Virus record (IMG/VR): IMGVR_UViG_2585427747_000001
Span: 1-38,011 of that record
Strand: one strand, 5' to 3'
DNA: 38,011 nucleotides
Origin: a virus
Lineage: Duplodnaviria > Heunggongvirae > Uroviricota > Caudoviricetes
Below are positions 6,925-15,370 of this stretch, in pieces. Position numbers and translations under genes: made by a program. Below the pieces are notes generated by a model. The model was not told where the DNA came from. It did no database searches and saw only the letters and a program-made list of their open reading frames with translations. The stretch's first letter is position 1. Each line of letters opens with the position of its first letter.

Positions 6925-7855
6925 ATTAACCGGCTATGTATGGGATGGTTGCGCAGCGTCAGGCATGAAATTATCCAGCGTGGCAATTATGGCACGCCTG
7001 GCTGATTTCAGTAATGACGAAGGTGTGTGCTGGCCATCAATTGAAACCATTGCCCGCCAGATTGGCGCGGGGATGAGTACCGTCAGAACGGCTATCGCAC
7101 GGCTGGAAGCAGAAGGCTGGTTAACGCGTAAGGCGCGTCGCCAGGGTAACCGCAATGCGTCGAATGTTTATCAGCTTAACGTTGCGAAGCTTCAGGCTGC
7201 GGCTTTTTCTCAACTGTCAGATTCTGACCCGTCAAAATCTGACGCATCAAAATCTGACCCGTCAAAATTTGATGCGTCGAAATCTGGCAAAAAAGCGGGT
7301 TTTCACCCGTCAGAATCTGGCGGGGATCCGTCAGTAAAATCAAAACATGATCCGTCAGATAAAAAAACTTCTCGTCCGGACGCTTCGCAACCGGACACGC
7401 AGAAGGCTGAACAGGATTTTTTAACTCGCCATCCTGATGCGGTTGTATTCAGCCCTAAAAAGCGCCAGTGGGGGACGCAGGATGATTTGACCTGCGCACA
7501 GTGGCTCTGGAAAAAAATCATCGCCCTGTACGAGCTGGCTGCCGAATGTGACGGCGAGGTGGTTCGTCCCAAAGAACCGAACTGGACAGCCTGGGCAAAC
7601 GAAATTCGCCTGATGTGTGTGCAGGATGGTCGTACTCACAAACAAATCTGCGAGATGTACAGCCGCGTCAGCCGCGATCCGTTCTGGTGCCGTAACGTGC
7701 TCAGCCCGTCGAAGCTGCGGGAAAAATGGGATGAGCTTTCCCTGCGCTTATCGCCGTCCGTAAGCACGTACACCGAAAAACGCGAAGACCCGTACTTCAA
7801 ATCCAGTTACGACAACGTGGACTACAGCCAGATCCCGGCAGGATTCAGGGGGTGA
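6914..7855 (+). CDS. Replication initiation protein (lambda O-like HTH N-terminus with an internal repeat/linker region)
   Basis: N-terminal winged-helix (VCWPSIETIARQIGAGMSTVRTAIARLEAEGWL); internal DSDPSKSDASKSDPSKFDASKSG repeats encoded by DNA iterons; position after the cII-like gene. Confidence 0.7.
   Translation: MSTKLTGYVWDGCAASGMKLSSVAIMARLADFSNDEGVCWPSIETIARQIGAGMSTVRTAIARLEAEGWLTRKARRQGNRNASNVYQLNVAKLQAAAFSQLSDSDPSKSDASKSDPSKFDASKSGKKAGFHPSESGGDPSVKSKHDPSDKKTSRPDASQPDTQKAEQDFLTRHPDAVVFSPKKRQWGTQDDLTCAQWLWKKIIALYELAAECDGEVVRPKEPNWTAWANEIRLMCVQDGRTHKQICEMYSRVSRDPFWCRNVLSPSKLREKWDELSLRLSPSVSTYTEKREDPYFKSSYDNVDYSQIPAGFRG
7219..7365. repeat. Iteron-like array of ~7 copies of (C)CGTCARAATCTGA, ~15-bp period, inside the replication initiator gene; candidate origin of replication
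   Basis: Read directly: cccgtcaaaatctga / cgcatcaaaatctga / cccgtcaaaatttga / gcgtcgaaatctgg / cccgtcagaatctgg / tccgtcagtaaaatc / tccgtcagataaaaa. Confidence 0.55.
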
Positions 7856-8346
7856 TCATGAGTCTGTTAAATGACGTTCAGAAATTCATTGAAGCCCATC
7901 CGGGGTGTACTTCCGGAGACATTGCGGATGCTTTTGCAGGTTACTCACGGCAGCGCGTTCTGCAGTCAGCAAGCAAGTTACGTCAGAGTGGGCGTGTGGC
8001 TCACCGTTGTGAAGGGGATACACGCAGACATTTCCCGCGCCTGACTGAGAGAGCGCAGGAGCCGGAACCACAACCAGTTCGTGAAACCAGACCTGTGCGC
8101 AATTTCTATGTCGGCACTAACGATCACCGGGTGATTTTGTGCCTGACCCGCCAGGCTGAAGAACTGGAGTCAAGGGGCTTATACCGTCGTGCTGCAACCG
8201 TGTGGATGGCGGCATTCCGTGAAAGCCACTCCCAGCCAGAACGAAACAATTTTCTGGCGCGTCGTGAGCGGTGCTTACGGAAAATCAGCAAGCGCGCTGC
8301 ATCGGGTGAAGAGTGGTATCTGTCAGGGAATTACGTGGGGGCTTAA
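7852..8346 (+). CDS. PerC-like transcriptional regulator (tentative)
   Basis: C-terminal LYRRAATVWMAAFRES resembles the PerC-family signature as recalled; the CDS is well supported but the function is weakly supported. Confidence 0.5.
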   Translation: MIMSLLNDVQKFIEAHPGCTSGDIADAFAGYSRQRVLQSASKLRQSGRVAHRCEGDTRRHFPRLTERAQEPEPQPVRETRPVRNFYVGTNDHRVILCLTRQAEELESRGLYRRAATVWMAAFRESHSQPERNNFLARRERCLRKISKRAASGEEWYLSGNYVGA

Positions 8347-8999
8347 TGAGTAATAAATATTGTCAGGCGCTGGTGGAACTGCGGAACAAACCAGCCCATG
8401 AACTGAAGGAAGTGGGCGATCAGTGGCGCACGCCGGATAACATTTTCTGGGGAATTAACACCCTGTTTGGTCCGTTTGTTCTGGATCTGTTCACTGACGG
8501 TGATAACGCCAAATGTGCTGCGTATTACACGGCGGAAGACAACGCGCTGGCGCATGACTGGTCAGAACGTCTTGCGGAGCTTAAAGGTGCTGCCTTTGGT
8601 AATCCCCCATACAGCCGCGCCAGTCAGCATGAGGGGCAATACATCACCGGCATGCGTTACATCATGAAACATGCCAGTGCTATGCGTGATAAAGGCGGGC
8701 GCTATGTTTTCCTGATCAAAGCTGCCACCAGCGAAGTTTGGTGGCCGGAAGATGCAGACCATATTGCTTTTATTCGCGGGCGTATTGGTTTTGAACTGCC
8801 TGCCTGGTTTATCCCGAAGGATGAGAAGCAGGTGCCGACAGGAGCGTTCTTCGCTGGTGCTATTGCTGTTTTCGACAAGACCTGGAAGGGACCGGCAATC
8901 AGCTACATCGGGCGCGATGAACTTGAGGCATGTGGTGAGGCGTTTCTGGCGCAGGTTCGCCAGCAGGCGGAAAAACTGGTCAGGGAGATGGCGGCATGA
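8346..8999 (+). CDS. Phage DNA N6-adenine methyltransferase
   Basis: Catalytic NPPYS motif (FGNPPYSRA); start trimmed to MSNKYCQ…, whose ATG overlaps the upstream stop (TAATG). Confidence 0.75.
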   Translation: MSNKYCQALVELRNKPAHELKEVGDQWRTPDNIFWGINTLFGPFVLDLFTDGDNAKCAAYYTAEDNALAHDWSERLAELKGAAFGNPPYSRASQHEGQYITGMRYIMKHASAMRDKGGRYVFLIKAATSEVWWPEDADHIAFIRGRIGFELPAWFIPKDEKQVPTGAFFAGAIAVFDKTWKGPAISYIGRDELEACGEAFLAQVRQQAEKLVREMAA

Positions 9000-9322
9000 C
9001 GACGTTAACTCAATGCCAGCAGCAGGTGCTGGATATGCTGATTTCTTACCAGAAAGAACGGGGCTTCCCGCCAACCAATCAGGAGGTGGCAACCATGCTG
9101 GGATATCGTTCGGTGAATGCAGCGGTAGAGCATCTTCGCGCACTGGAGAAAAAAGGCGTCATCACGATAAAGCGTGGCGTGGCCCGGGGGATAACGCTTC
9201 ATACCGCGGTCAAGGACGACGACAGCGAGGCGGTCGGGATTATCCGCGCACTGCTTGCCGGTGAGGAAAACGCCAGGCTGCGTGCGACCCACTGGTTACA
9301 TGAGAGGGGCATGAAAGTATGA
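8996..9322 (+). CDS. Stand-alone LexA N-terminal DNA-binding-domain protein (no peptidase domain)
   Basis: LTQCQQQVLDMLISYQKERGFPPTNQEVATMLGYRSVNAAVEHLRALEKKGVI closely follows the LexA winged-HTH pattern; only 108 aa, so no S24 domain. Confidence 0.65.
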   Translation: MTTLTQCQQQVLDMLISYQKERGFPPTNQEVATMLGYRSVNAAVEHLRALEKKGVITIKRGVARGITLHTAVKDDDSEAVGIIRALLAGEENARLRATHWLHERGMKV

Positions 9323-9708
9323 AGCTGATTCTGCCTTTTCCGCCCAGCGTGAACACGTACTGGCGACACCCCAACAAAGGGGCGTTTGCAGGTAAAAGCC
9401 TGATAAGCGAGGCGGGGCGAAAATTCCAGAGCGCGGCGTGCGCAGCAATAGTTGAGCAGTTACGTCGTCTGCCGAAACCAACGTCGGCACCTGCTTCAGT
9501 GGAGATCGTGTTGTTTCCTCCAGATAACCGGATCCGCGATCTGGACAACTATAACAAGGCTCTGTTTGACGCCCTGACCCACGCGGGTGTGTGGGAAGAC
9601 GACAGTCAGGTGAAAAGAATGCTGGTGGAGTGGGGACCGGTTATCCCGGAAGGGAAGGTCGAGATCACTATCAGTAAGTACGAGAAAACGGCGGGTGCAG
9701 CCGCCTGA
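9319..9708 (+). CDS. rusA: RusA-family Holliday junction resolvase
   Basis: Conserved RusA pattern (PPSVNTYWRH…, …RDLDNYNKALFDALTHAGVWEDDSQV…); 129 aa. Confidence 0.8.
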   Translation: MKLILPFPPSVNTYWRHPNKGAFAGKSLISEAGRKFQSAACAAIVEQLRRLPKPTSAPASVEIVLFPPDNRIRDLDNYNKALFDALTHAGVWEDDSQVKRMLVEWGPVIPEGKVEITISKYEKTAGAAA

Positions 9709-9727
9709 TTAAGAGGAGAAACGAAGT

Positions 9728-10525
9728 ATGAATAATCTGATGGTCATTGATGGTATTGAAGTTCGTCGTGATGCTTATGGTCGTTACAGCCTGAACGATC
9801 TGCACAGGGCTGCCGGTTCTCTGGATAAGCATAAGCCTGCATTCTGGCTCCGCAATGAGCAAACTGAACGTTTAATAAGCGAGTTGCAGATTTGCAACTC
9901 GGTCAATATAGAGCCAGTTAACGTTATTCGTGGCGGAAATAACCAGGGGACGTATGTCTGCAAAGAACTGGTGTATGCCTATGCAATGTGGATCAGCCCG
10001 TCATTCCATCTGAAGGTGATCCGTACTTTCGACATGGTAACCAGCGCACCTGAAAAATTATCCGGACAGGCTGCTGACAAGATGCAGGCTGGCGTGATTC
10101 TGCTGGACTTTATGCGCCGGGAATTAAACCTGTCTAACTCATCAGTGCTTGGTGCCTGTCAGAAACTCCAGGAGGCTGTTGGCTTACCGAATCTGGCACC
10201 GCGCTATGCCATTGATGCTCCTGCTGACGCGCCTGATGGCTCAAGTCGCCCCACGCTGTCGCTGAGTGCACTGCTGAAACAGTATGGTATCCGCCTGACG
10301 GCTAATCAGGCATATCACCAGATGGTGAAGCTGGGGATCGTCGAGCAGCGCGAACGATACAGCCGTACCGCGATTAACAACATCAAAAAATTCTGGTCGC
10401 TGACAGCGAAAGGCTGCATGTTCGGCAAGAACATCACCAGTCCCGCAAATCCGCGCGAGACGCAGCCGCATTTCTTCGAATCCCGATTCCCTGAGCTGTT
10501 AAAGCTGCTCGATACCGTTCATTGA
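9728..10525 (+). CDS. KilA-N domain protein (antirepressor-like)
   Basis: N-terminal KilA-N-like region (IDGIEVRRDAYGRYSLNDLHRAAG…AFWLRNEQTERLISEL). Confidence 0.65.
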   Translation: MNNLMVIDGIEVRRDAYGRYSLNDLHRAAGSLDKHKPAFWLRNEQTERLISELQICNSVNIEPVNVIRGGNNQGTYVCKELVYAYAMWISPSFHLKVIRTFDMVTSAPEKLSGQAADKMQAGVILLDFMRRELNLSNSSVLGACQKLQEAVGLPNLAPRYAIDAPADAPDGSSRPTLSLSALLKQYGIRLTANQAYHQMVKLGIVEQRERYSRTAINNIKKFWSLTAKGCMFGKNITSPANPRETQPHFFESRFPELLKLLDTVH

Positions 10526-10526
10526 G

Positions 10527-11522
10527 GTGACCGTGAGAGCACTACTGACTCCTGAAATTGCCCCGCGTATGGGGATCGTATTGTTCAGGCCAGGTTCAGA
10601 GCTGATGCCCCTGTTTATGCAGGGGCGTGTCCTGCTGGAGCCTGAGCCGGAACGTTATTCATCTTTTGCCAGTGGTGCCGTTCCGGCGGTATCACAACCG
10701 CTGGCGGATGATCCTGCCGTTCGGGGCGTGTTCCGCAATGAGGCAGTGATCCGTCGTGCTGGTGGCGTGGAATGTCTTGAAAGCTGGTTACTTCGTGAAA
10801 AGGGCTGTCAGTGGCCTCATTCCGACTGGCACAGCGAGAACATGACCACAATGCGGCACGCGCCGGGCGCAATCCGTCTGTGCTGGCACTGCGATAACCA
10901 GTTGCGCGATCAGTTCACGGAACGGCTGGAATCAATGGCAACGGATAACTGTGCCCGCTGGGTATTGTCTGTTGTGCGTCGGGATCTCGGTTTTGATGAC
11001 AGTCACGTTGTGACAATGCCGGAACTGTGCTGGTGGCTGGTTCGTAATGACCTGGCGGATGCCTTACCGGAAAGTGCAGCCCGTAAGGCACTGAGATTAC
11101 CGAAGCCTGTTGTGCCGTCTGTCACCCGGGAAAGTGACCTTGTGCCTTCGGTTCCTGCCACCAGCATCATCCAGGATAAGGCGAAAAAGGTGCTGGCGCT
11201 GAAAGTGGATCCGGAGTCGCCGGAGTCTTTTATGTTACGCCCAAAACGTCGCCGCTGGGTTAATGAAAAGTACACGCGCTGGGTTAAGACACAGCCGTGT
11301 GCATGTTGTGGAAAGCCTGCTGATGATCCCCACCACCTGATAGGCCACGGTCAGGGTGGGATGGGTACAAAAGCGCATGACCTCTTTGTGTTGCCTTTGT
11401 GCAGAAAGCATCACGACGAGCTGCATGCGGATACCGTGGCATTTGAAGAGAAGTATGGCTCCCAGCTGGAGCTGATATTTCGTTTTATCGATCGTGCGCT
11501 GGCAATTGGCGTGCTGGCCTGA
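10527..11522 (+). CDS. DUF968-family prophage protein with a C-terminal Cys/His (HNH-like) cluster
   Basis: C-terminus CACCGKPADDPHHLIGHGQGG…LPLCRKHHDELH; typical position before Q in lambdoid prophages. Confidence 0.6.
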   Translation: MTVRALLTPEIAPRMGIVLFRPGSELMPLFMQGRVLLEPEPERYSSFASGAVPAVSQPLADDPAVRGVFRNEAVIRRAGGVECLESWLLREKGCQWPHSDWHSENMTTMRHAPGAIRLCWHCDNQLRDQFTERLESMATDNCARWVLSVVRRDLGFDDSHVVTMPELCWWLVRNDLADALPESAARKALRLPKPVVPSVTRESDLVPSVPATSIIQDKAKKVLALKVDPESPESFMLRPKRRRWVNEKYTRWVKTQPCACCGKPADDPHHLIGHGQGGMGTKAHDLFVLPLCRKHHDELHADTVAFEEKYGSQLELIFRFIDRALAIGVLA

Positions 11523-11539
11523 TTTTGTGGAGAAAGTTG

Positions 11540-11890
11540 ATGCGTGATATGTATGAAGTATTGGACCGCTGGGGAGCATGGGCTGCAGCAGATAACAGTG
11601 GCGTGGACTGGCAGCCGATAGCAGCAGGCTTCAAGGGGCTTTTACCTCATGGCAAAAAGTCACGGATTCAGTGTGATGATGACGAAGGCATTATGATAGA
11701 CAGTTGTGTGGCTCGGTTGAGAAGGTATAAACCAGAGGAATATGAGCTCATCATAGCCCACTTTGTTATTGGTATCTCATTACGCACTATTGCCAAAAAG
11801 AGAAGGTGTTCAGATGGCACGATTAGAAAGGAATTGCAAACTGCAATTGGTTTTGTAGAGGGTATTACGAGCGTTATTGCATGTAAATAA
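11540..11890 (+). CDS. Late-gene antiterminator Q (QuuD-type)
   Basis: MRDMYEVLDRWGAWAAADNSGVDWQPIAAGFKGLL… closely parallels QuuD-type Q proteins; start trimmed to the internal Met. Confidence 0.75.
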   Translation: MRDMYEVLDRWGAWAAADNSGVDWQPIAAGFKGLLPHGKKSRIQCDDDEGIMIDSCVARLRRYKPEEYELIIAHFVIGISLRTIAKKRRCSDGTIRKELQTAIGFVEGITSVIACK

Positions 11891-11892
11891 AA

Positions 11893-11925
11893 GTTAAAAG
11901 CCACCGTAGTGGCTTTTAACTTTTT
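11893..11925. terminator. Strong hairpin (12-bp stem gttaaaagccac/gtggcttttaac, cgta loop) plus T-run just after the Q stop; candidate bidirectional terminator
   Basis: Read directly from the sequence. Confidence 0.65.
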
Positions 11926-12096
11926 AGGATTGTGCAGGTAATGTTTTGTTCAATTTAGTAAAGAAGTTAGATTGGCTTGTTACAGTACGTCGACTCTTTC
12001 CAGAAGTACTCAACTGAAAGAAATCATTGATGCTTTTGGGTTGAGTTCTTTCATAGGCTTGCTTAAGTGACATGTGTTCCCCTTGTCTATTTGTTG

Positions 12097-13380
12097 CTAT
12101 GACCGTGAAAAGTAGTGATGGTTCAGTTCTTTTGCAAAATAGTGCTTACGTTTAACCCAGATAAAACCATCAGCTTTAGAAATGATTGCAACATCTATGG
12201 GGCCTCCCACTGTTTCAGTATCATCGGAGACCTTGCGCTTGAAAGCGGTTAAATTTACTAATGATTCAGCCATATAAGCTAAATCTTGCTTGGGTAAAAA
12301 CTCGATCATATTTACGACTTTGTCAACATAGTTTTCTCGGACAAAGCTATCAATACGCCCCTTGCAATCGGAAACAGTCCTGCGCACTACATCAACTATA
12401 GCATCCTTGGCTCCTTCGATATCTGAAGTGGGCACCAAATCTGTGATTACTGAATCAATACCATCAAGTAAATCGCCGATAGAACGTTGATACTCAGCAT
12501 GAAGATTTTGGATAAGATGTGAACTAGCTCCTTGCATGAAAGCAGAAACTTCATCCTCTTGCGCAAAGGGAGTCACTCCGCAATTAGGAGTGATGCAGCA
12601 CTTGTCAGCATCTGTGGTTTTCCTGATTTTATCATTAAAGAAGCCACAAACTTCATATGATAATACTTTAGGGTAATAGTCTTTATCGCCATAACCTGCA
12701 ATCACAATCCCAGAGACGGAACCAATATCACTTTGCTTGCATATCATAGCTGCCAATACATCACTAACTGCTTTTGTCAACTGTGGAGTTATGGATATTG
12801 AATCAAAGTCACTAAACTTTTGAGCAATGATGCGTTGGGTAACTGATGAAGCATAGGTTTGGGCTGCTTGTTCATCATCCGGAGTAAAACCATCAAAGTA
12901 ATTAATATCAGATAATTTTGTAAGGAGATCGTTGCAATAATTCGTGAGGTCTGTAACAAATTGATTCTTATCGAAGTTAACGAAATATGTTGGTTCGAGA
13001 CCTTCAGAAAAAGCATCAACAAGCATGCTGAATACAATCTCGCTCAGGAAGTGATAAAGATGAGCCTCACGCATACCTGGTGTGATGATTGATTTAGCCG
13101 ACTGTAGATAATTGAAGAAATCCTCAGCATATTCCTCCAAAGAGTCAAAACATTTAGAGCCTAAATCCTTTCTATAAGCCTTAATGATAAGCTCCCATGG
13201 AGCTGTGCAGAGATCACCAGTTCCATATACCATCAAACCTACAGGATGATGTTTAGTTAGAGCGAAAAGCTTTTCAGCGCCATTATAGATTTTATGTTTG
13301 CCGCCTCCAGAAATCGTTACAGCTGAATCTGCGGCTAAAGCTACTGCGGTCTTGTTAAATACGGCTATTTCTGCTGTCAT
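12097..13380 (-). CDS. Proteasome/HslV-like Ntn-hydrolase-domain protein (427 aa); AT-rich accessory gene in the Q-to-lysis slot
   Basis: N-terminus MTAEIAVFNKTAVALAADSAVTIS…VGLMVYGTGD mirrors HslV (Thr after the initiator Met, Asp at mature position 17, downstream Lys); C-terminal GGPIDVAIISKADGFIWV resembles the proteasome beta C-terminal strand; opposite strand to its neighbours; visibly low GC. Confidence 0.6.
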   Translation of the reverse strand: MTAEIAVFNKTAVALAADSAVTISGGGKHKIYNGAEKLFALTKHHPVGLMVYGTGDLCTAPWELIIKAYRKDLGSKCFDSLEEYAEDFFNYLQSAKSIITPGMREAHLYHFLSEIVFSMLVDAFSEGLEPTYFVNFDKNQFVTDLTNYCNDLLTKLSDINYFDGFTPDDEQAAQTYASSVTQRIIAQKFSDFDSISITPQLTKAVSDVLAAMICKQSDIGSVSGIVIAGYGDKDYYPKVLSYEVCGFFNDKIRKTTDADKCCITPNCGVTPFAQEDEVSAFMQGASSHLIQNLHAEYQRSIGDLLDGIDSVITDLVPTSDIEGAKDAIVDVVRRTVSDCKGRIDSFVRENYVDKVVNMIEFLPKQDLAYMAESLVNLTAFKRKVSDDTETVGGPIDVAIISKADGFIWVKRKHYFAKELNHHYFSRS

Positions 13381-13488
13381 TTTTTACATAGGGTTTATAT
13401 GTTGTGTAATGAGAAAAATACAAAAAAATTAACGCGTACGCAAAAATTCTTGTAATCTGTTAAGAGTGGTTACTTCGCCACACAGCTT

Positions 13489-13519
13489 AAACCCGTCTTC
13501 GAGCGGGTTTTGTCGTTTC
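13489..13519 (+). terminator. Hairpin aaacccg…cgggttt followed by a T-rich tract upstream of the lysis genes; candidate tR'-like terminator/antitermination target
   Basis: Read directly; lies between the accessory gene start and the holin. Confidence 0.4.
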
Positions 13520-13662
13520 TGGCCCCGGCTATTCGTTGGGCCTGACCTATCCCGCAGTTATCCATTGGTTCGGCTTCTTTGACGTTTCCGCTTCTGATTT
13601 GCGGTACATGATGTTCCCTCAATTTGCACCTGCTGTATCAGCGAGGTGAGAGATAACTACAA

Positions 13663-13989
13663 ATGCCTCATAACCCAAATACCTGGCTGGAGTTGGTCCA
13701 GAGCTGGTGGCGTGGAGACACACCGCTGGGCGCAGTGATTATGTCGATCGTTATGGCTGGCTTGCGCATTGCCTATTTTGGCGGTGGTGGTGGCTGGAAA
13801 CGAAAAACGCTCGAGATTTTGCTCTGTGGTGCTCTGACGCTGACTTTTGCATCCGCTCTTGAGTATGTCGGATGGCCTAAATCTCTTTCTGTTGCCATTG
13901 GTGGCGGCGTTGGGCTGATCGGTGTCGATGCTATTCGTGGGGCTGCAATGCGAGTAATCGGTAACAAATTTGGTAGCTCGAAGGAGTAA
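13663..13989 (+). CDS. Holin (lambda S-like class I)
   Basis: 108 aa with hydrophobic segments and a charged C-terminus; directly upstream of the R-like endolysin. Confidence 0.75.
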   Translation: MPHNPNTWLELVQSWWRGDTPLGAVIMSIVMAGLRIAYFGGGGGWKRKTLEILLCGALTLTFASALEYVGWPKSLSVAIGGGVGLIGVDAIRGAAMRVIGNKFGSSKE

Positions 13990-13992
13990 TTT

Positions 13993-14469
13993 ATGCAGGC
14001 ACTAAATTCCCAGCGTAAAGCTTTCTTGGATATGGTTGCATGGTCAGAAGGAACGGATAACGGGCGACAACCGACACGTAACCACGGTTATGATGTCATT
14101 GTCGGTGGTGAACTGTTTACTGATTACTCCGATCATCCTCGCAAACTTGTCACGCTAAACCCGAAACTCAAATCAACAGCAGCCGGACGTTACCAGCTTC
14201 TTTCACGCTGGTGGGATGCTTACCGTAAACAGCTTGGCCTGAAAGATTTTTCTCCAGAAAGCCAGGACGCTGTAGCTCTGCAGCAGATTAAAGAGCGTGG
14301 CGCTTTACCGATGATTGACTGCGGCAATATTCGTCAGGCAATCGACCGTTGCAGCAATATCTGGGCGTCGTTACCTGGTGCAGGTTACGGTCAGTATGAA
14401 CATAAAATCGGCGACCTGATTGCCCGATTTAAAGAGGCTGGTGGGGAAGTAAATGAAGCTGAGATATAA
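13993..14469 (+). CDS. R: Endolysin, lambda R-type lytic transglycosylase
   Basis: Near-identity over long stretches to lambda R as recalled (NSQRKAFLDMVAWSEGTDNGRQPTRNHGYDVIVGGELFTDYSDHPRKLVTLNPKLKST…). Confidence 0.9.
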   Translation: MQALNSQRKAFLDMVAWSEGTDNGRQPTRNHGYDVIVGGELFTDYSDHPRKLVTLNPKLKSTAAGRYQLLSRWWDAYRKQLGLKDFSPESQDAVALQQIKERGALPMIDCGNIRQAIDRCSNIWASLPGAGYGQYEHKIGDLIARFKEAGGEVNEAEI

Positions 14470-14845
14470 GCTGGTTATTGTTGCCTTCTTTGTTACCGTT
14501 ATTGGTTCCTTCATCTGGTCTACCGGGCATTACTACAGCAAATATCAACACGAAAAGGAGCGTGCTGATGAGGCTGTACGAAATGCTGAATCAGCAACTG
14601 CCATTACCCGTAACGTTCTGCAATCACTGCAAATCATCAATACAGTTATAGAGGCTAACCAACATGCAAAACAGCAGATCGCACTGGAGTCACAGAGAAC
14701 CCAGGAAGATATCAAAGTGGCTGTTGCGGATGATGATTGTGCTGCACGTCCTGTGCCTGCTGCCGCTGCTGACCGGTTGCGGAAGTACGCGGACGGTTTA
14801 CGTGAGCGATCCGGTGGCACCGCTGCCAGCCAGCCTGACTTCTGA
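14453..14845 (+). CDS. Rz-like inner-membrane spanin
   Basis: N-terminal TM segment, then coiled-coil; follows the endolysin; contains the embedded Rz1 frame. Confidence 0.7.
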   Translation: MKLRYKLVIVAFFVTVIGSFIWSTGHYYSKYQHEKERADEAVRNAESATAITRNVLQSLQIINTVIEANQHAKQQIALESQRTQEDIKVAVADDDCAARPVPAAAADRLRKYADGLRERSGGTAASQPDF

Positions 14846-15002
14846 TACTCCAGTACCGTTTATACCCAATCCGCTGACGTATGGTACCAGTCTGGAGTTG
14901 AATGTTGCTCTATTGTCAGCCTTGGGACAATGTAATTTTGATAAAACTGGAATCAGAAATATTGAATCACGGCGCGCTATTTTGCATTCGAAAAATAAAT
15001 AG
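14730..15002 (+). CDS. Rz1-like outer-membrane lipoprotein spanin, embedded in the +1 frame of Rz
   Basis: Lipobox LLTGC after a hydrophobic signal (MMIVLHVLCLLPLLTGCGS); Pro-rich mature region; start at the internal Met of the 14664 ORF. Confidence 0.6.
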   Translation: MMIVLHVLCLLPLLTGCGSTRTVYVSDPVAPLPASLTSDTPVPFIPNPLTYGTSLELNVALLSALGQCNFDKTGIRNIESRRAILHSKNK

Positions 15003-15370
15003 CTCGAGTTATATTTTTCATTATCGTTGCGAATGCTCCTAATAAAGCTGTGTATTATGGTAATTTTATAAAGCCTATGGGTTTAAGTTCAGATGCTAGC
15101 GTTTTTATAGCGTAATGTAGCAGCTTACATAAAATATGCATCGTGATTAACTATTAGGCCAACCTTTTGGACCAATATGAAAGTGGAAGTTTATACAAAT
15201 CGTTTGTCGATGATTAAACATGTGTCTAGTAGCGCTAGTCATGAACAGGTTTATTACGTATCATTTTGTGTAGATTATCGAGAGTACAACTAGTAGAGCA
15301 GCTAATCTTTAGATAGTGCCAGTGATGTTCACTTGCGATAAACTAACCTTTTCATTCAGTGGAGGTTATT

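Noticed and set aside
6914-7855. Reading the Ser/Asp/Lys-rich repeat protein as a surface or secreted repeat protein
   Set aside because: The N-terminal winged-helix and the position after cro/cII make a replication initiator with embedded iterons a better explanation.
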